A stretch of 61,406 nt of DNA, the filler included, from Pirum gemmata (Eukaryota): the NCBI GenBank assembly GCA_002812295.1. It is 12 parts of 12 records of this genome, joined end to end, with 100 filler letters (N's around TTAATTAATTAA, not from the genome) between each part and the next. Parts side by side here need not be neighbours in the genome. Positions count along the whole stretch, not along the records: positions 36,620 to 41,473 come from PDIN01000839.1; positions 41,574 to 46,466 come from PDIN01000840.1; positions 46,567 to 51,452 come from PDIN01000841.1; 9 more parts are not named here. The stretch is one strand, 5' to 3'. The first letter of the stretch is position 1. Every line of letters begins with the position of its first letter. Below the pieces are notes generated by a model. The model saw only the letters and a list, made by a program, of their open reading frames with translations. It had not been told where the DNA came from and searched no databases. The position numbers and the translations under genes are program-made. This document shows positions 36,695 to 47,749 of the stretch, piece after piece.

Positions 36695-37810
36695 ATGAAA
36701 TTTTTCATTCTTTTAAGTTTATCCACTTTAGCAGTGGTAAAATCTGCACCACCACCAACAACAGCTGTAAATCGTTGTAAAAATGATCATGATATAGACC
36801 AAATATTAAAAACATCAGAAACTTTTGGATCTGTTGCAGAAAGGTGCGGGAAAAAAAGTTTTGGGATGAAAGCTGGTGCTTGGGATTGTATAGAAAAAGA
36901 GTTGAAATACAGCAGGGGCTGTGCCGAGTGTTTCGGAGATGTTACAGAGTGCACAAGATCAAACTGCATGAGGCTATGTATGTGGGGCCGTACTGAAGCA
37001 TGCGAGGCGTGTTCTGTACAGCATTGTGAAGGACCGTTAATGACTTGTACCGGACTTGCGAAAACAGAATTACCCGGACAAGTGCATTTGCAACCGAAGC
37101 AAGTAAATCCTGTGATTGTTGATTCTGCCTCCGTTCCAAAACAACGCAGATTTGTATTGAAAAGACAATTTTTCCAAGGAACCACATGTCAAAGTGAAAC
37201 TAAATTAGGAGAAGATTTAGTTTTAAGTACTGTAATTGGATCAAAAGGTAATTGTATTAATTTGCCTTATGGTAAAACACAAGAAGGCAAATTATTTGGT
37301 GGTACTAAGAACCGTTCTTATCATTACGTCATCAGTGGCGATAAGACTAAAGTCGAAGCACATATATATAACGGAGAAAATTGCCAAGATGAAATAATTG
37401 AAGCTGGTAACTTTTTTGGGCATTTCCATTCTCAGTTTAATGAACATGTAGTAGTGGAACCTGCATTTACTATCAATAAATGTAGAAGATTTTTAACGTC
37501 TGCTACTTCTAACAAAGTGGTTTTAGTAGAAGAAGTTGAAGAGCCAGTAAGTGATCAGCAAAATGTTTTAGAAGTTGAAGAAGTTGAAGAAGATATTCTA
37601 GATCAAATAGGTGGTTTTGTTAATAACAAAGTTTACCAAACCAGCCAAACAGATCGTAAATTAGGAAATAATATTGTTAAAACTGCGTTGGTAGGTGCTG
37701 CTACGTATGGAACTATAAAACTTGCAAAGGCTTGTGTTAATGGAATTTGTAAACTTGTGAACCCTGTAAAGGCAAAAGTTCCTGTAAAGGCAGAAGTTCA
37801 GAAAAACTAA
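36695..37810 (+). CDS. Secreted protein with a Cys-rich N-terminal domain, intronless (371 aa)
   Basis: Signal peptide MKFFILLSLSTLAVVKSA; 12 Cys within about 90 aa (C..CG..C..SRGCAECFG..C..C..C..CEAC..C..CTGL). Confidence 0.85.
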   Translation: MKFFILLSLSTLAVVKSAPPPTTAVNRCKNDHDIDQILKTSETFGSVAERCGKKSFGMKAGAWDCIEKELKYSRGCAECFGDVTECTRSNCMRLCMWGRTEACEACSVQHCEGPLMTCTGLAKTELPGQVHLQPKQVNPVIVDSASVPKQRRFVLKRQFFQGTTCQSETKLGEDLVLSTVIGSKGNCINLPYGKTQEGKLFGGTKNRSYHYVISGDKTKVEAHIYNGENCQDEIIEAGNFFGHFHSQFNEHVVVEPAFTINKCRRFLTSATSNKVVLVEEVEEPVSDQQNVLEVEEVEEDILDQIGGFVNNKVYQTSQTDRKLGNNIVKTALVGAATYGTIKLAKACVNGICKLVNPVKAKVPVKAEVQKN

Positions 37811-38909
37811 TAATAATGACGTCGACAATATAATATTAATTAAAAAAATAATAATAACATATTATTATCATATTAATATAATTATTATAATTTAAATTAA
37901 AAACTAACCTAGTATCCAGTATCATATCAGATGTGTTTGCAGATGTACGTGAACATAATTATTTTTTTAAGAATTAGTAAATTACAATAATTATTAAATA
38001 AATAATATTTTAAAGAGTTTTATAAAGTGGTTATTAAATTTTATAGATAGTAATAATACTGTAATAATAATAATGATAATATAATATTAATTAAAAAAAT
38101 AATATTAATAATTATTGTGAATTTTAAAAAAGAAAAAGTTCAGAAAAACTAATAAATAATGATAATATAAAATTAAAATCAATATATATTAATTATAATT
38201 ATAAATTTAAAAGAACTAGAATATTATCCAGTAGCAGATAGTGCAGATGTACGTGAACATAATTATTTTTTAAAAAGGACCTTTTAATATATTATTGTTC
38301 AAAATGAGTAGTTCTTTTTGGGGGGTTAATTGGCTGGCTTCTCCCAATACTACAGCTAATACTACCCAATTCTTTTCATTTATTTTGCCACTGCGAATGT
38401 TTATTTGGTTGGTTATAATTTTTTAATTGACATTTTTAAATGAATAGATATATAATAAAATATACCAAATTAAATGAAATAGATTTATATTGTATTAATT
38501 TGGTACTTTTTATTGTATTAATGATAACTAGTCAAATTATTATTAAAAACTGGCCATTAGTTCATAATAGAGTTTTCTTATATAGACTATACCTCACATT
38601 TTGGTAGTACTGTTTTTAAAATTGGACCATTTTAATCGAGTTTTCGATAGCCTATATACTATACATTAATTAAATAAGTTCGAAAATTTTAAGCTAACAG
38701 TTAATAAGTATTCAAGTATATTTATTTATTTATAAACCCGAAAAAATGGAAAAAATAATTTTCGAACAGGGCTGAATTTTGGCTTTTTTTTTTCCAGCAG
38801 AAATTTGCGTTTTCGGGCTCGAACACCATGCATAGCAATACCCTTAACTAACACCCCAAGCAATATGCCTTGTAACACCAACTTACTAATAAATAGTTTT
38901 TTTGGGGGG

Positions 38910-41025
38910 TTAATTGGTATGCCAGAAACAAGCAGCAACACCATGCATAGCAATACCATTAACTAACACCCCAAGCAACATGGCTTGTAACACCCAACTT
39001 ACTCTTGAGCGAAATAACGTAAAAGGCCAAAGCAAGAATGAAATAAAATAGTAATGAAATTGAAAGTGCAGATTAAAAGGAGAAGTGGTTACAATTAAAG
39101 AAACCAATCCAAACCCTACCAATAGCAAGGTATATGAAAGTATATAAATGCCATGACGCTTAGTGATATATACTTTATAACAATTACATAAACAAAGAAT
39201 TCCCACCGTGAGTCCAAAAAGAACCAACAAAGTAATACCTCCTGCGTTAATTTGATTTTCGGCGGTTCTGTTTTTCTTATGTAAAACAACCCCCATATAT
39301 TCTAAAACATTAAAATGCACGCAAAATAGAGCAGGGATAATATAACAAAACAAATAATCAAAAACGTGATTGTGATTTTTAGGTTTTGTCGTGAACTGTT
39401 GTTCGTGAGCCTCTCTTTCGTATCGATCGATTAAATTACTATTTTCTATTTCGTTAGTCATATGCATGTTATATTTGTTACTACCATCAAAGCAAATTTG
39501 AAAGGCTTCTTCGTCTGTGTCTTCACAAGAATGAGCAATCAATGTTTCATCAACACCTTTTTTTAATTAATTAAAATAATAATAATATAATAAAAGTTAA
39601 TTTTCATTAAAAAATAACGATGGGTAGTAGTGGTGGGGGTGATAATGTGTATACGTAGTGAATGGCAGTATGCAGAAGAAAAGAAGATAAACAATATATA
39701 TAACATAATATATGGATTTGATAAATAACTCTAATAATTATATTTGCCAATTATTAACAAAATAATAAATAATTACCACTATCCTCGCTTCTAAGACTAT
39801 TTCGGTGTTTAGGATTGTAATCAAACTCGTAAGCAGTGCGAAATTCACCAGCCAATTCTTCTAATTCCACAACACTAGGACGCTGTGTTTTTCGGTTATT
39901 TCTACCCCCTAAACCCGCTTTTCGTGTAATAGTGGTTTTTTTTTTCATCGGAATTCCCACAAAAGTATGTTTGATATTCACATAATAAACAACACACATT
40001 AGGAACATAAACGGTACAAAATTGTTCATTTTATCCTGAAAGCTTCCTTTAAAAATAAAGCCATCTTGCCATTGGCCTTCAGTATACTGAAACAAAGCAA
40101 CGTACCAATACAAATACACTACTAAAAAGAAAAACCAAAATCCATGGGTCAAAGACATTGATTTACTAATTAATTTACTACCTGAACTTAACATTAACAA
40201 AGGCAAAATTAAAATTAAAACAATTAAATTAAAAAAATAACCAATAGTAATATCTAGTTTTGATACGGCAGGCTTTTTTAAAGTAAAACCACGACTGTTA
40301 TTGTAATTAGTAGGGGTATAAATTGCTAATGTAGACCAATAACCAGTAACACCTTCAACATAACTGGCCCCACAGACGCTTGATCCAAATGTATAAACAG
40401 TCTCACCATTTGCTAATAACGTACTTTGATTATCTACAAAAACAGGTTTACTAGTGTTTGAAAATAAACCGCAGATAGGTTGACATCTTACTAGAGTGGG
40501 CTTAGTGAACCATACTTCATCACCACAATCAAGGTAAAACGGTTGTTCTAAACTTGTCTTGGCAGTAATTGCACCGGTAGCTGCAAAGTTATTTAACCAA
40601 AAGAATAACGCTATTATTACTGAAATGAAAACAACGTAAATACTAATATAAATCATACCTTTGTTATCTGAGGTTATTAATCGGTCGGTTATTTTTTTAG
40701 TTATCATTACCGCGATTTTATTAAGAATAGGCAATCTACTAACTAAAGGCATTTGGTGGTGTTGTTTTTGTTGTTGTTGTTGGTCAAAGCCGTTTACTTC
40801 TTCTTTCTCGTCTAAAGTTTGGTATTCGCCCATTTTCATCAAGTCTTTGAAACTACTGTTTTTTTTTTCAAGTTTTGCCTTTTTTTCCGTTTGTATTTTA
40901 TCGTTATTATTGTTTATATTCAATGACGCATATGTATCGGAGCTACTCATAGATCTTTGACTATCTGATCTTACCACTGGACGAAAATCTTCGTCAGTTA
41001 TAACTGAATCGATTAACTTTACCAT
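38910..41025 (-). CDS. LCCL-like domain multi-pass membrane protein, 2 exons (631 aa)
   Basis: Exons 41025-39777 and 39556-38910 join in phase (1896 nt). VRCQPICG..YTFGSSVCGAS..GV is LCCL-like; C-terminal HFQFHYY..FTLFRSRVSWVLQAMLLGVLVNGIAMHG recalls fungal LCCL membrane proteins. Confidence 0.75.
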
Positions 41026-41573
41026 GTTTTTTACTTTTTTTTAATATTTTTTATTTATTTATTTATTTATTTATTTATTATTAATATATTAATAAATAGC
41101 TAATTAATAATTGCTATAATATCAAAGTTTATTTTTTTAAAATAATAACAAAAATAACTTGTTATGAAGTTAAAATAAGAAAAACAAAAATAATCAATCC
41201 TAAGAAAATAAAAATAAAAAATAAAAAATTAAATAATAATAATAATAATAACAAAACAAAAAAAAACAAAAAAGTTGGTTTTTTAAATTTTTATTGTTTT
41301 TGTTTTTGATTGTTTTATGCTCGGTACTATCAGTCACTATTTATATGGGTCTCTGACCGTAGAATAATAATGATAATAAAAAAATAAAAAAAAATACCAA
41401 GTAATAAATAAAATATTATCGTGCTTTTCAGTTAATTTGTCGTTATAAAATATACAATAAATAGTACCAAATTNNNNNNNNNNNNNNNNNNNNNNNNNNN
41501 NNNNNNNNNNNNNNNNNTTAATTAATTAANNNNNNNNNNNNNNNNNNNNNNNNNNNNNNNNNNNNNNNNNNNN

Positions 41574-41628
41574 AAAATCTGTCATAATAGAAATTATCAT
41601 AATAGTATTGAAATTGATAATGATGATG

Positions 41629-41688
<60 letters not shown>

Positions 41689-44423
41689 GCAATAGCAATA
41701 ATAACAATTATAGTAATTATAGTAATGAAAGTAATAATAAAACACTTTCAAATAACAAAAGCGAACTTTTACCTACAAACGTAAAGGAAAAGAACGAAAT
41801 TTCATCAGAAGATTTCAAAAACAGGCTTGTACCTGCTTCAGAACGGTTACACTTTAAAAAAAACCCCATTCGAAAAATAAGTAGAATTAGTCATCCTGTT
41901 GATAGGAAATATATTAAAAATAAAATTACTGTAAAAACACTTTCAGATAACAAAAACAAAATTTTGCCTACAATACCCGTTGAAAAAAAGAATGAATTTT
42001 CAAAAGATAACGAAAACAAACTTTTACCTGCAACACCTGTTGAAAAAAAGAATGAATTTTCAAAGGATAACGAAAACAAACTTTTACCTACAACACCCAT
42101 TGAAAAAAAGAATGAATTTTCAAAAGATAACGAAAACAAACTTTTACCTACAACACCCGTTGAAAAAAAGAATGAATTTTCAAAAGATAACGAAAACAAA
42201 CTTTTACATACAACACCCGTTGAAAAAAAGAATGAATCTTCAAAAGATAACAAAATCAAAGTTTTACCTACAACACCCGTTGAAAAAAAAGATGAATTTT
42301 CAAAAGATAACAAAAGCAAACTTTTACCTACAACACCCGTTGAAAAAATGAATGAATTTTCAAAAGATAACGAAGACAAACTTTTACCTGCAACACCCGT
42401 TGAAAAAAAGAAAGAATTTTCAAAAGATAACGAACGCAAAGTTTTACCTACAACACCCGTTGAAAAAAAGAATGAATTTTCAAAAGATAACGAAAACAAA
42501 CTTTTACCTACAACACCCATTGAAAAAAAGAATGAATCTTCAAAAGATAACAAAATCAAAGTTTTACCTACAACACCCGTTGAAAAAAAGGATGAATTCT
42601 CAAAAGATAACAAAAGCAAACTTTTACCTACAACACCCATTGAAAAAAAGGATGAATTTTCAAAAAATAACAAAAACAAACTTTTACCTACAACACCCGT
42701 TGAAAAAGAGAATGAATTTTCAAATGATTTCAGGAGTATTATTGTAAATGTTTTAAGAAAGTCAACTTTAGGTACAAAAACCATTAAAGAAATTGTAGAC
42801 GATAAAGATAACCAAGCAATATTTCTTCAAGCTTTCACCCATTATTCTTATGATAAAGATAACAATTATGAATCTTTAGAATTCATAGGTGATTCTGTAG
42901 TCAACACTTGCATAACGCTTTATTTTCATAAAAATTTTAGTGAGCTTAATAATAGTCGTGCATTGAAAATACACGTTAGATTAAAAGAAATTTTTTGTTC
43001 TGGAAAGAAGTTAAGTGCATTAGCTAGAAAACATGGATTTAAAAATCATATCAGAGCCCATAGTGTCTCGCTTGCTAATAAGGAAGATAGTCTGCTGGAA
43101 GACTGCTTTGAAGGCTTTTTTGGAGCTTTAGTTCATATATTGGATAGAAAAAAGTTAGGGCTCAGTTTTACCGTTAGTTACCAAATCATCTCGAGTATGT
43201 TACAAACACAAACATTCTCTTCTAAGTATGACCGTTTATATGAGCCAAAACATCGCCTGCTTACAACTCTTTATGTGTCTTCACAGTTGATTACCAACTT
43301 AAAATTTAACTTAGTTACAAGAGAAGAAAATGTTTATCGTCCAGGAATGGTCAACAGAATTACAAATTTACTTACTGTTCCAAGTTCGTCAACGTTAGAA
43401 CAAAAAGCTGAAGGTTTTGAAAAAGCAGTAGCTTCAATAGAGAGAGGGGAAAAATATTTGAAAAATTTTAATCAAAAAGTAATCAAAGTTAAATCTAATA
43501 TTAAATCAATAATTAAACTAACAGATAAATCACAATCTGAAATTGAATCGATAAGTAAATTAATTGATAGCTCAAACTACGAATCAATATGTAAGTTAAT
43601 TGATAATCTAATTTTGAATTTTACAAGTCAGATTGATCATAACAACAATAACTCACTTGCACAACAAGGCCAAAAACAAAAAGACGAAAGAAACGAAGAA
43701 GATGATATGAAATTAACAAAAATAATTAATGATGATTCTACATTTTTTTGTTTTCCTCCATATTTGCCAGTCCCCAAAAATTTGAAATTTAAAAGAGAAG
43801 AAAAAGAAAAAGAAGAAGACACAGAAACATTAAAATTAAAATTAAAATTAAAAGAAAAAGAAAAAGAAAAAGAAAAAGAAAAAGAAAAAGAAAAAGAAAA
43901 AGAAAAAGAAAAAGAAAAAAAATTAAAAGAAAAAGAAAAAGTTAAAGAAAATGAAAATGAAAATGAAAATGAAAATGAAAATGAAAATGAAAAAGAAAAA
44001 GAAAAAGAAAAAGAAAATGAAAATGAAAATGAAAACGAAAAAGAAAATTTAAAAGAAAATTTAAAATTAGAAAAAGAGAAAGCAAAAGAAAACGAAAAAT
44101 TAAAATTAAAAGGAAAAGAAAAAGAAAAAGAAAAAGAAAAAGAAAAAGAAAACGAAAGAGAAAAATCAAAATCAAAATCAAAAGAAAAAGAAAAAGAAAC
44201 AGAAATTTTAAAAGTGAACTACGTAACAGTAACATGCAATATTTTAAAACAAAAAAACGTTATTTTAGGGATGGGATTTGGGCTTTTAAAAGCAGATGCT
44301 GAACAAATAGCAGCCCAACAAGCTATAGAAACATTGAAAGAACATTACAAAATATACAGAAGAGCTCCTAATGAGTATATCGAATTAGATAAAATTCTTT
44401 CGAAAAAAAGAAAACTGATATAA
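41574..44423 (+). CDS. Ribonuclease III (single RIII domain + split dsRBD) with N-terminal 20-aa repeats, 5'-truncated, at least 949 aa
   Basis: Frame open from the contig edge at 41574. AFTHYS..NYESLEFIGDSVV and LLEDCFEGFFGAL catalytic signatures; dsRBD end LGMGFGLLKADAEQIAAQQAIETL. Confidence 0.9.
41941..42720 (+). repeat. Coding 60-bp tandem repeat x13 (SKDNENKLLPTTPVEKKNEF)
   Basis: Units align exactly with the 60-nt lines; a degenerate extra unit lies near 41748-41810. Confidence 0.97.
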
Positions 44424-44426
44424 GAG

Positions 44427-44800
44427 CGTGTTATCGTTTGCACGTGTAAATTGTTTGCGCTTGTTAATTGTTTGGCGCTTGTTTTTGTTGGGCGCGTGTT
44501 TTTGTTTGGTGCCTGTTTCAGTTTGGTGCGTGTTTTAGTTTAGTGCGTGTTTTAATTTGGCGCGTGTTTCAGTTTGGTGTGTGGTTTAGTTTGGCCTTTG
44601 TTTTAGTTTCGCCCATGCTTTAGTTTGGCCCATGTTTTAGTTTGGCCCGTGTTTTAGTTTGGCCCGTGTTTTAGTTTGGCCCGTGTTTTAGTTTGGCCGT
44701 GTTTTAGTTTGGCCGTGTTTTAGTTTGGTCCGTGTTGTAGTTTGGCCCGTGTTTTAGTTTGGACCGTATTTTAGTTTAGGGTTAGGGTTAGGGGTTAGGA
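44427..44800 (+). repeat. 17-18-bp minisatellite (CGTGTTTTAGTTTGGCC) ending in TTAGGG repeats
   Basis: About 19 units, degenerate at left and homogeneous at right, then TTAGGGTTAGGGTTAGGGG. Confidence 0.9.
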
Positions 44801-44947
44801 TAAGTGTTCCTAATCTACGAGTGTTATTGTTTGATATTGTTACTATTACTATGGTGTTTATCTATATATCATTGTTGAAGAAAAATAAATTTTTTGTTTT
44901 TTATATATTAATAAACGTTTAACACCTTTTTAATTATTATATTTTAG

Positions 44948-45330
44948 TGATTTTCAGTTGTTTTGTCATCACACAATATACAGTAAAGAGTACAAATTAA
45001 TACATTATAAATCAATTTTATATTTTATTATTTAATTATTTCAAAAATTGGCAATTTAGTTGTTTTGTCATCACACAATATACAATAAAGAGTTCCAAAT
45101 TAATAAATCACCAAATAAATATCCAAAGAGTTACAAAATAAAAAGAAAAAACATGTTAATTTTAATATGTATTTCCAAAGAGAATGTAAGAAAAAAGTGA
45201 AATTTTTTCATATTTACAATTTTCATGAAGAAAAATGAATATTCATCTAAAAATTGTCAATTTAAAGGTTATATATAACCCACCAAATAAATATTTCAAA
45301 GAGTGACAAAATAGGAAGAAAAACATATTA
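44948..45330 (-). mobile_element. Rearranged MITE family 1 fragments
   Basis: TTTTCAGTTGTTTTGTCATCA (twice) and ACCAAATAAATAT..GAGTGACAAAATA (twice). Confidence 0.7.
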
Positions 45331-45489
45331 ATTTTAATATACAAGTTGCTTTGATTCAGCTAAACTATTCATAATGAAAATGAAAAAGGTAATTTTGTAA
45401 ATTAATAGAACAAAACAATTTGCTTACCATTGATGACCATAAAAAGGATGATTTAGTATAAACAACAAACAACAAACAACAACAACAAC

Positions 45490-45522
<33 letters not shown>

Positions 45523-45538
45523 CCAACAACAAACAACA

Positions 45539-45860
45539 AGGCTTAGGCTTAGGCTTAGGCTTAGGCTTAGGCTTAGGCTTAGGCTTAGGCTTAGGCTTAG
45601 GCTTAGGCTTAGGCTTAGGCTTAGGCTTAGGCTTAGGCTTGGGCTTAGGTTTAGGTTTAGGTTTAGGCTTGACTTAAGCTTAAGCTTAGGCCTAGGCTTA
45701 GGCTTAGGCTTACGCTTAAATTTAGATTTAGGTTTAGGTCTAGGCTTAGGTTTAGGTTAAGGCTAAGGTTAAGGTTTAGGTTTAGGTTTAGGTTTTGGTC
45801 TTAAGTTTAGGTCTTAGGCTTAGGCTTAGGTAAAGGTAAAGGTAAAGGTAAAGGTGAAGG
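45539..45860 (+). repeat. (TTAGGC)n microsatellite decaying to TTAGGT/TAAAGG
   Basis: About 17 perfect GGCTTA units followed by variant hexamers. Confidence 0.92.
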
Positions 45861-45938
45861 TAAGGTTAGTGATACAAGTAAAAAAATTGAAATAACACTA
45901 AATAGTGTGATATGGTTCTTTTTATTATTATTTCAGTT

Positions 45939-46165
45939 TTAACCTAAATTCATACCACCGAAATTATCGATATTAATAGCGCCGGTATTCGCATTATTAT
46001 TATTGTTATTGTTATTCACGGAATTAGGATTAGGCCCATAATTTGGAAAAGCTAGTAAGCCTAATAGGTGTTGTTGTTGCTGGGCTTGTTGTTGGGCTTG
46101 TTGCTGAGCTTGTTGTAGTTGCTGTAGTTGCGCTTGCTGTTGTTGTTGGGCTTGTAGTTGTTGTA

Positions 46166-46212
<47 letters not shown>

Positions 46213-46403
46213 ATTTCGGAGTTTAGTTTTTGCAAATATTGCTCTTGTATTAACATTTGTTCTTGATGGAGCTGTTGAAATTGTTGTTGTTGTAAAATCA
46301 TTTCTTGTTGTTGTTGTTGTTGCTGTTGTTGTTGGTTATAATTAACGTTCAATCCAAATTCTTTAGTTAAGTCGTTTAGAAAATCTTCTTGTAATGGTGG
46401 TAC
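45939..46403 (-). CDS. Terminal exon of a polyQ/N-rich protein
   Basis: TTATTAG acceptor, then VPPLQEDFLNDLTKEFGLNVNYNQQQ...GGMNLG*. PolyQ uses mixed CAA/CAG codons with non-repetitive flanks. Confidence 0.65.
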
Positions 46404-46825
46404 CTAATAACAATAAAATACATAATAATAACAATAAAATACATAATAATAATAATAATAATAATANNNNNNNNNNNNNNNNNNNNNNNNNNNNNNNNNN
46501 NNNNNNNNNNTTAATTAATTAANNNNNNNNNNNNNNNNNNNNNNNNNNNNNNNNNNNNNNNNNNNNTAATAATAATAATAATAATAATAATAGGGCGAGG
46601 GTCAAGAAAAGTAAAAGAAAAGCAAACACGCCACTACAACAATAATTTCATATCAAAGTTCCTAATTTCTAAATCTATTAGGATAACAGGTTACCACTAT
46701 TACTGATATTTTGTTTTATTTCATTTAAAGGTAATCAAACAAAAAATAAAACGTGTCAATCTGAAGAAGACACCAAATAAAAATCATATAAAGAATTAAG
46801 CTCAAAAAACAGAAGTCAAACTTAC

Positions 46826-47400
46826 AATTTTCCTTGTCGATGTAAACAATAATATTTTGAATTAATTCTTCTGCATCTTTTGTGGACTTCACATTCTACA
46901 GAATAAACGCGGAAAATAAAATTACGAAATAACAAAGTACCCCAAGGAGATGGGGATAAACGATAATGTTCAGATCTTGATAAAGAAAAAAGAATTAAGA
47001 TAAAGACGAGAAAAGCAAGATGCATAAAACGCTTGAGTGAAAATCATGTAGTTAACGAAATAATAATAATAAAAATAATAACTCTAGCATATACAGTGAA
47101 ACTCAAGAAATATAAATTTGTTAGCAAAAGAATAATGGTTTACCGGACTATTTTCCAGAAATACATTCAAAAATTTCGTTGTGTTGGACTGAAGTATTAG
47201 ACCTAAAAGTAAAAAAAGAATTGGTTTAAGTTTAATAATAATAATAATAATAATAAGGTAAAAACATATAAAGAAGCAACAATAAACAAGAAAAAGTTGA
47301 AAATTACAGGTGGGGGGAGGAATTTGAAAATCTAATTGATAAGAATAAGAATAGTACCTTGTTTTTTGAAAATTTTGAAAAGATTAACATTTTTCACCAT
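46826..47400 (-). CDS. POLE2: Probable DNA polymerase epsilon subunit B N-terminus, first three exons
   Basis: Exons 47400-47358, 47202-47144 and 46895-46826 join in phase: MVKNVNLFKIFKKQGLILQSNTTKFLNVFLENSPNVKSTKDAEELIQNIIVYIDKEN, resembling the Dpb2/POLE2 N-terminal helical domain. Short, so tentative. Confidence 0.55.
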
Positions 47401-47559
47401 GATGTTCAAAAAAATTATGCCTCGTAATTATTTGTTCAAAAAAATTATGCCTCGTAATTATTTCCAAATTATATTCATAAGAACTTTTTTTGTTTGAATT
47501 GAATTACTATACCAATAATAATAACAGACAATAATGCAGTTGATAAGTATATAAGTGAA

Positions 47560-47591
<32 letters not shown>

Positions 47592-47749
47592 TACTCATTA
47601 TAATAATATTATCATATGAACATATATGAAAAAAATTTAATTAATAGTCTAATACTGGTATATAGTTGGTAGTGGTTTTTTAAAAAAACATTTATGATAT
47701 CAATATTGATATATACAGTTGTATCGACTAATTTAGTAGTAGCAAGACT

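Noticed and set aside
41941..42720. CRISPR-like array
   Set aside because: Contiguous 60-bp units without unique spacers, in frame within a protein; no cas genes.
41891..42784. 297-aa antisense ORF and alternate-frame ORFs over the 60-bp array; also 50019-50511 and 54710-55403
   Set aside because: Shadow frames of stop-poor repeats.
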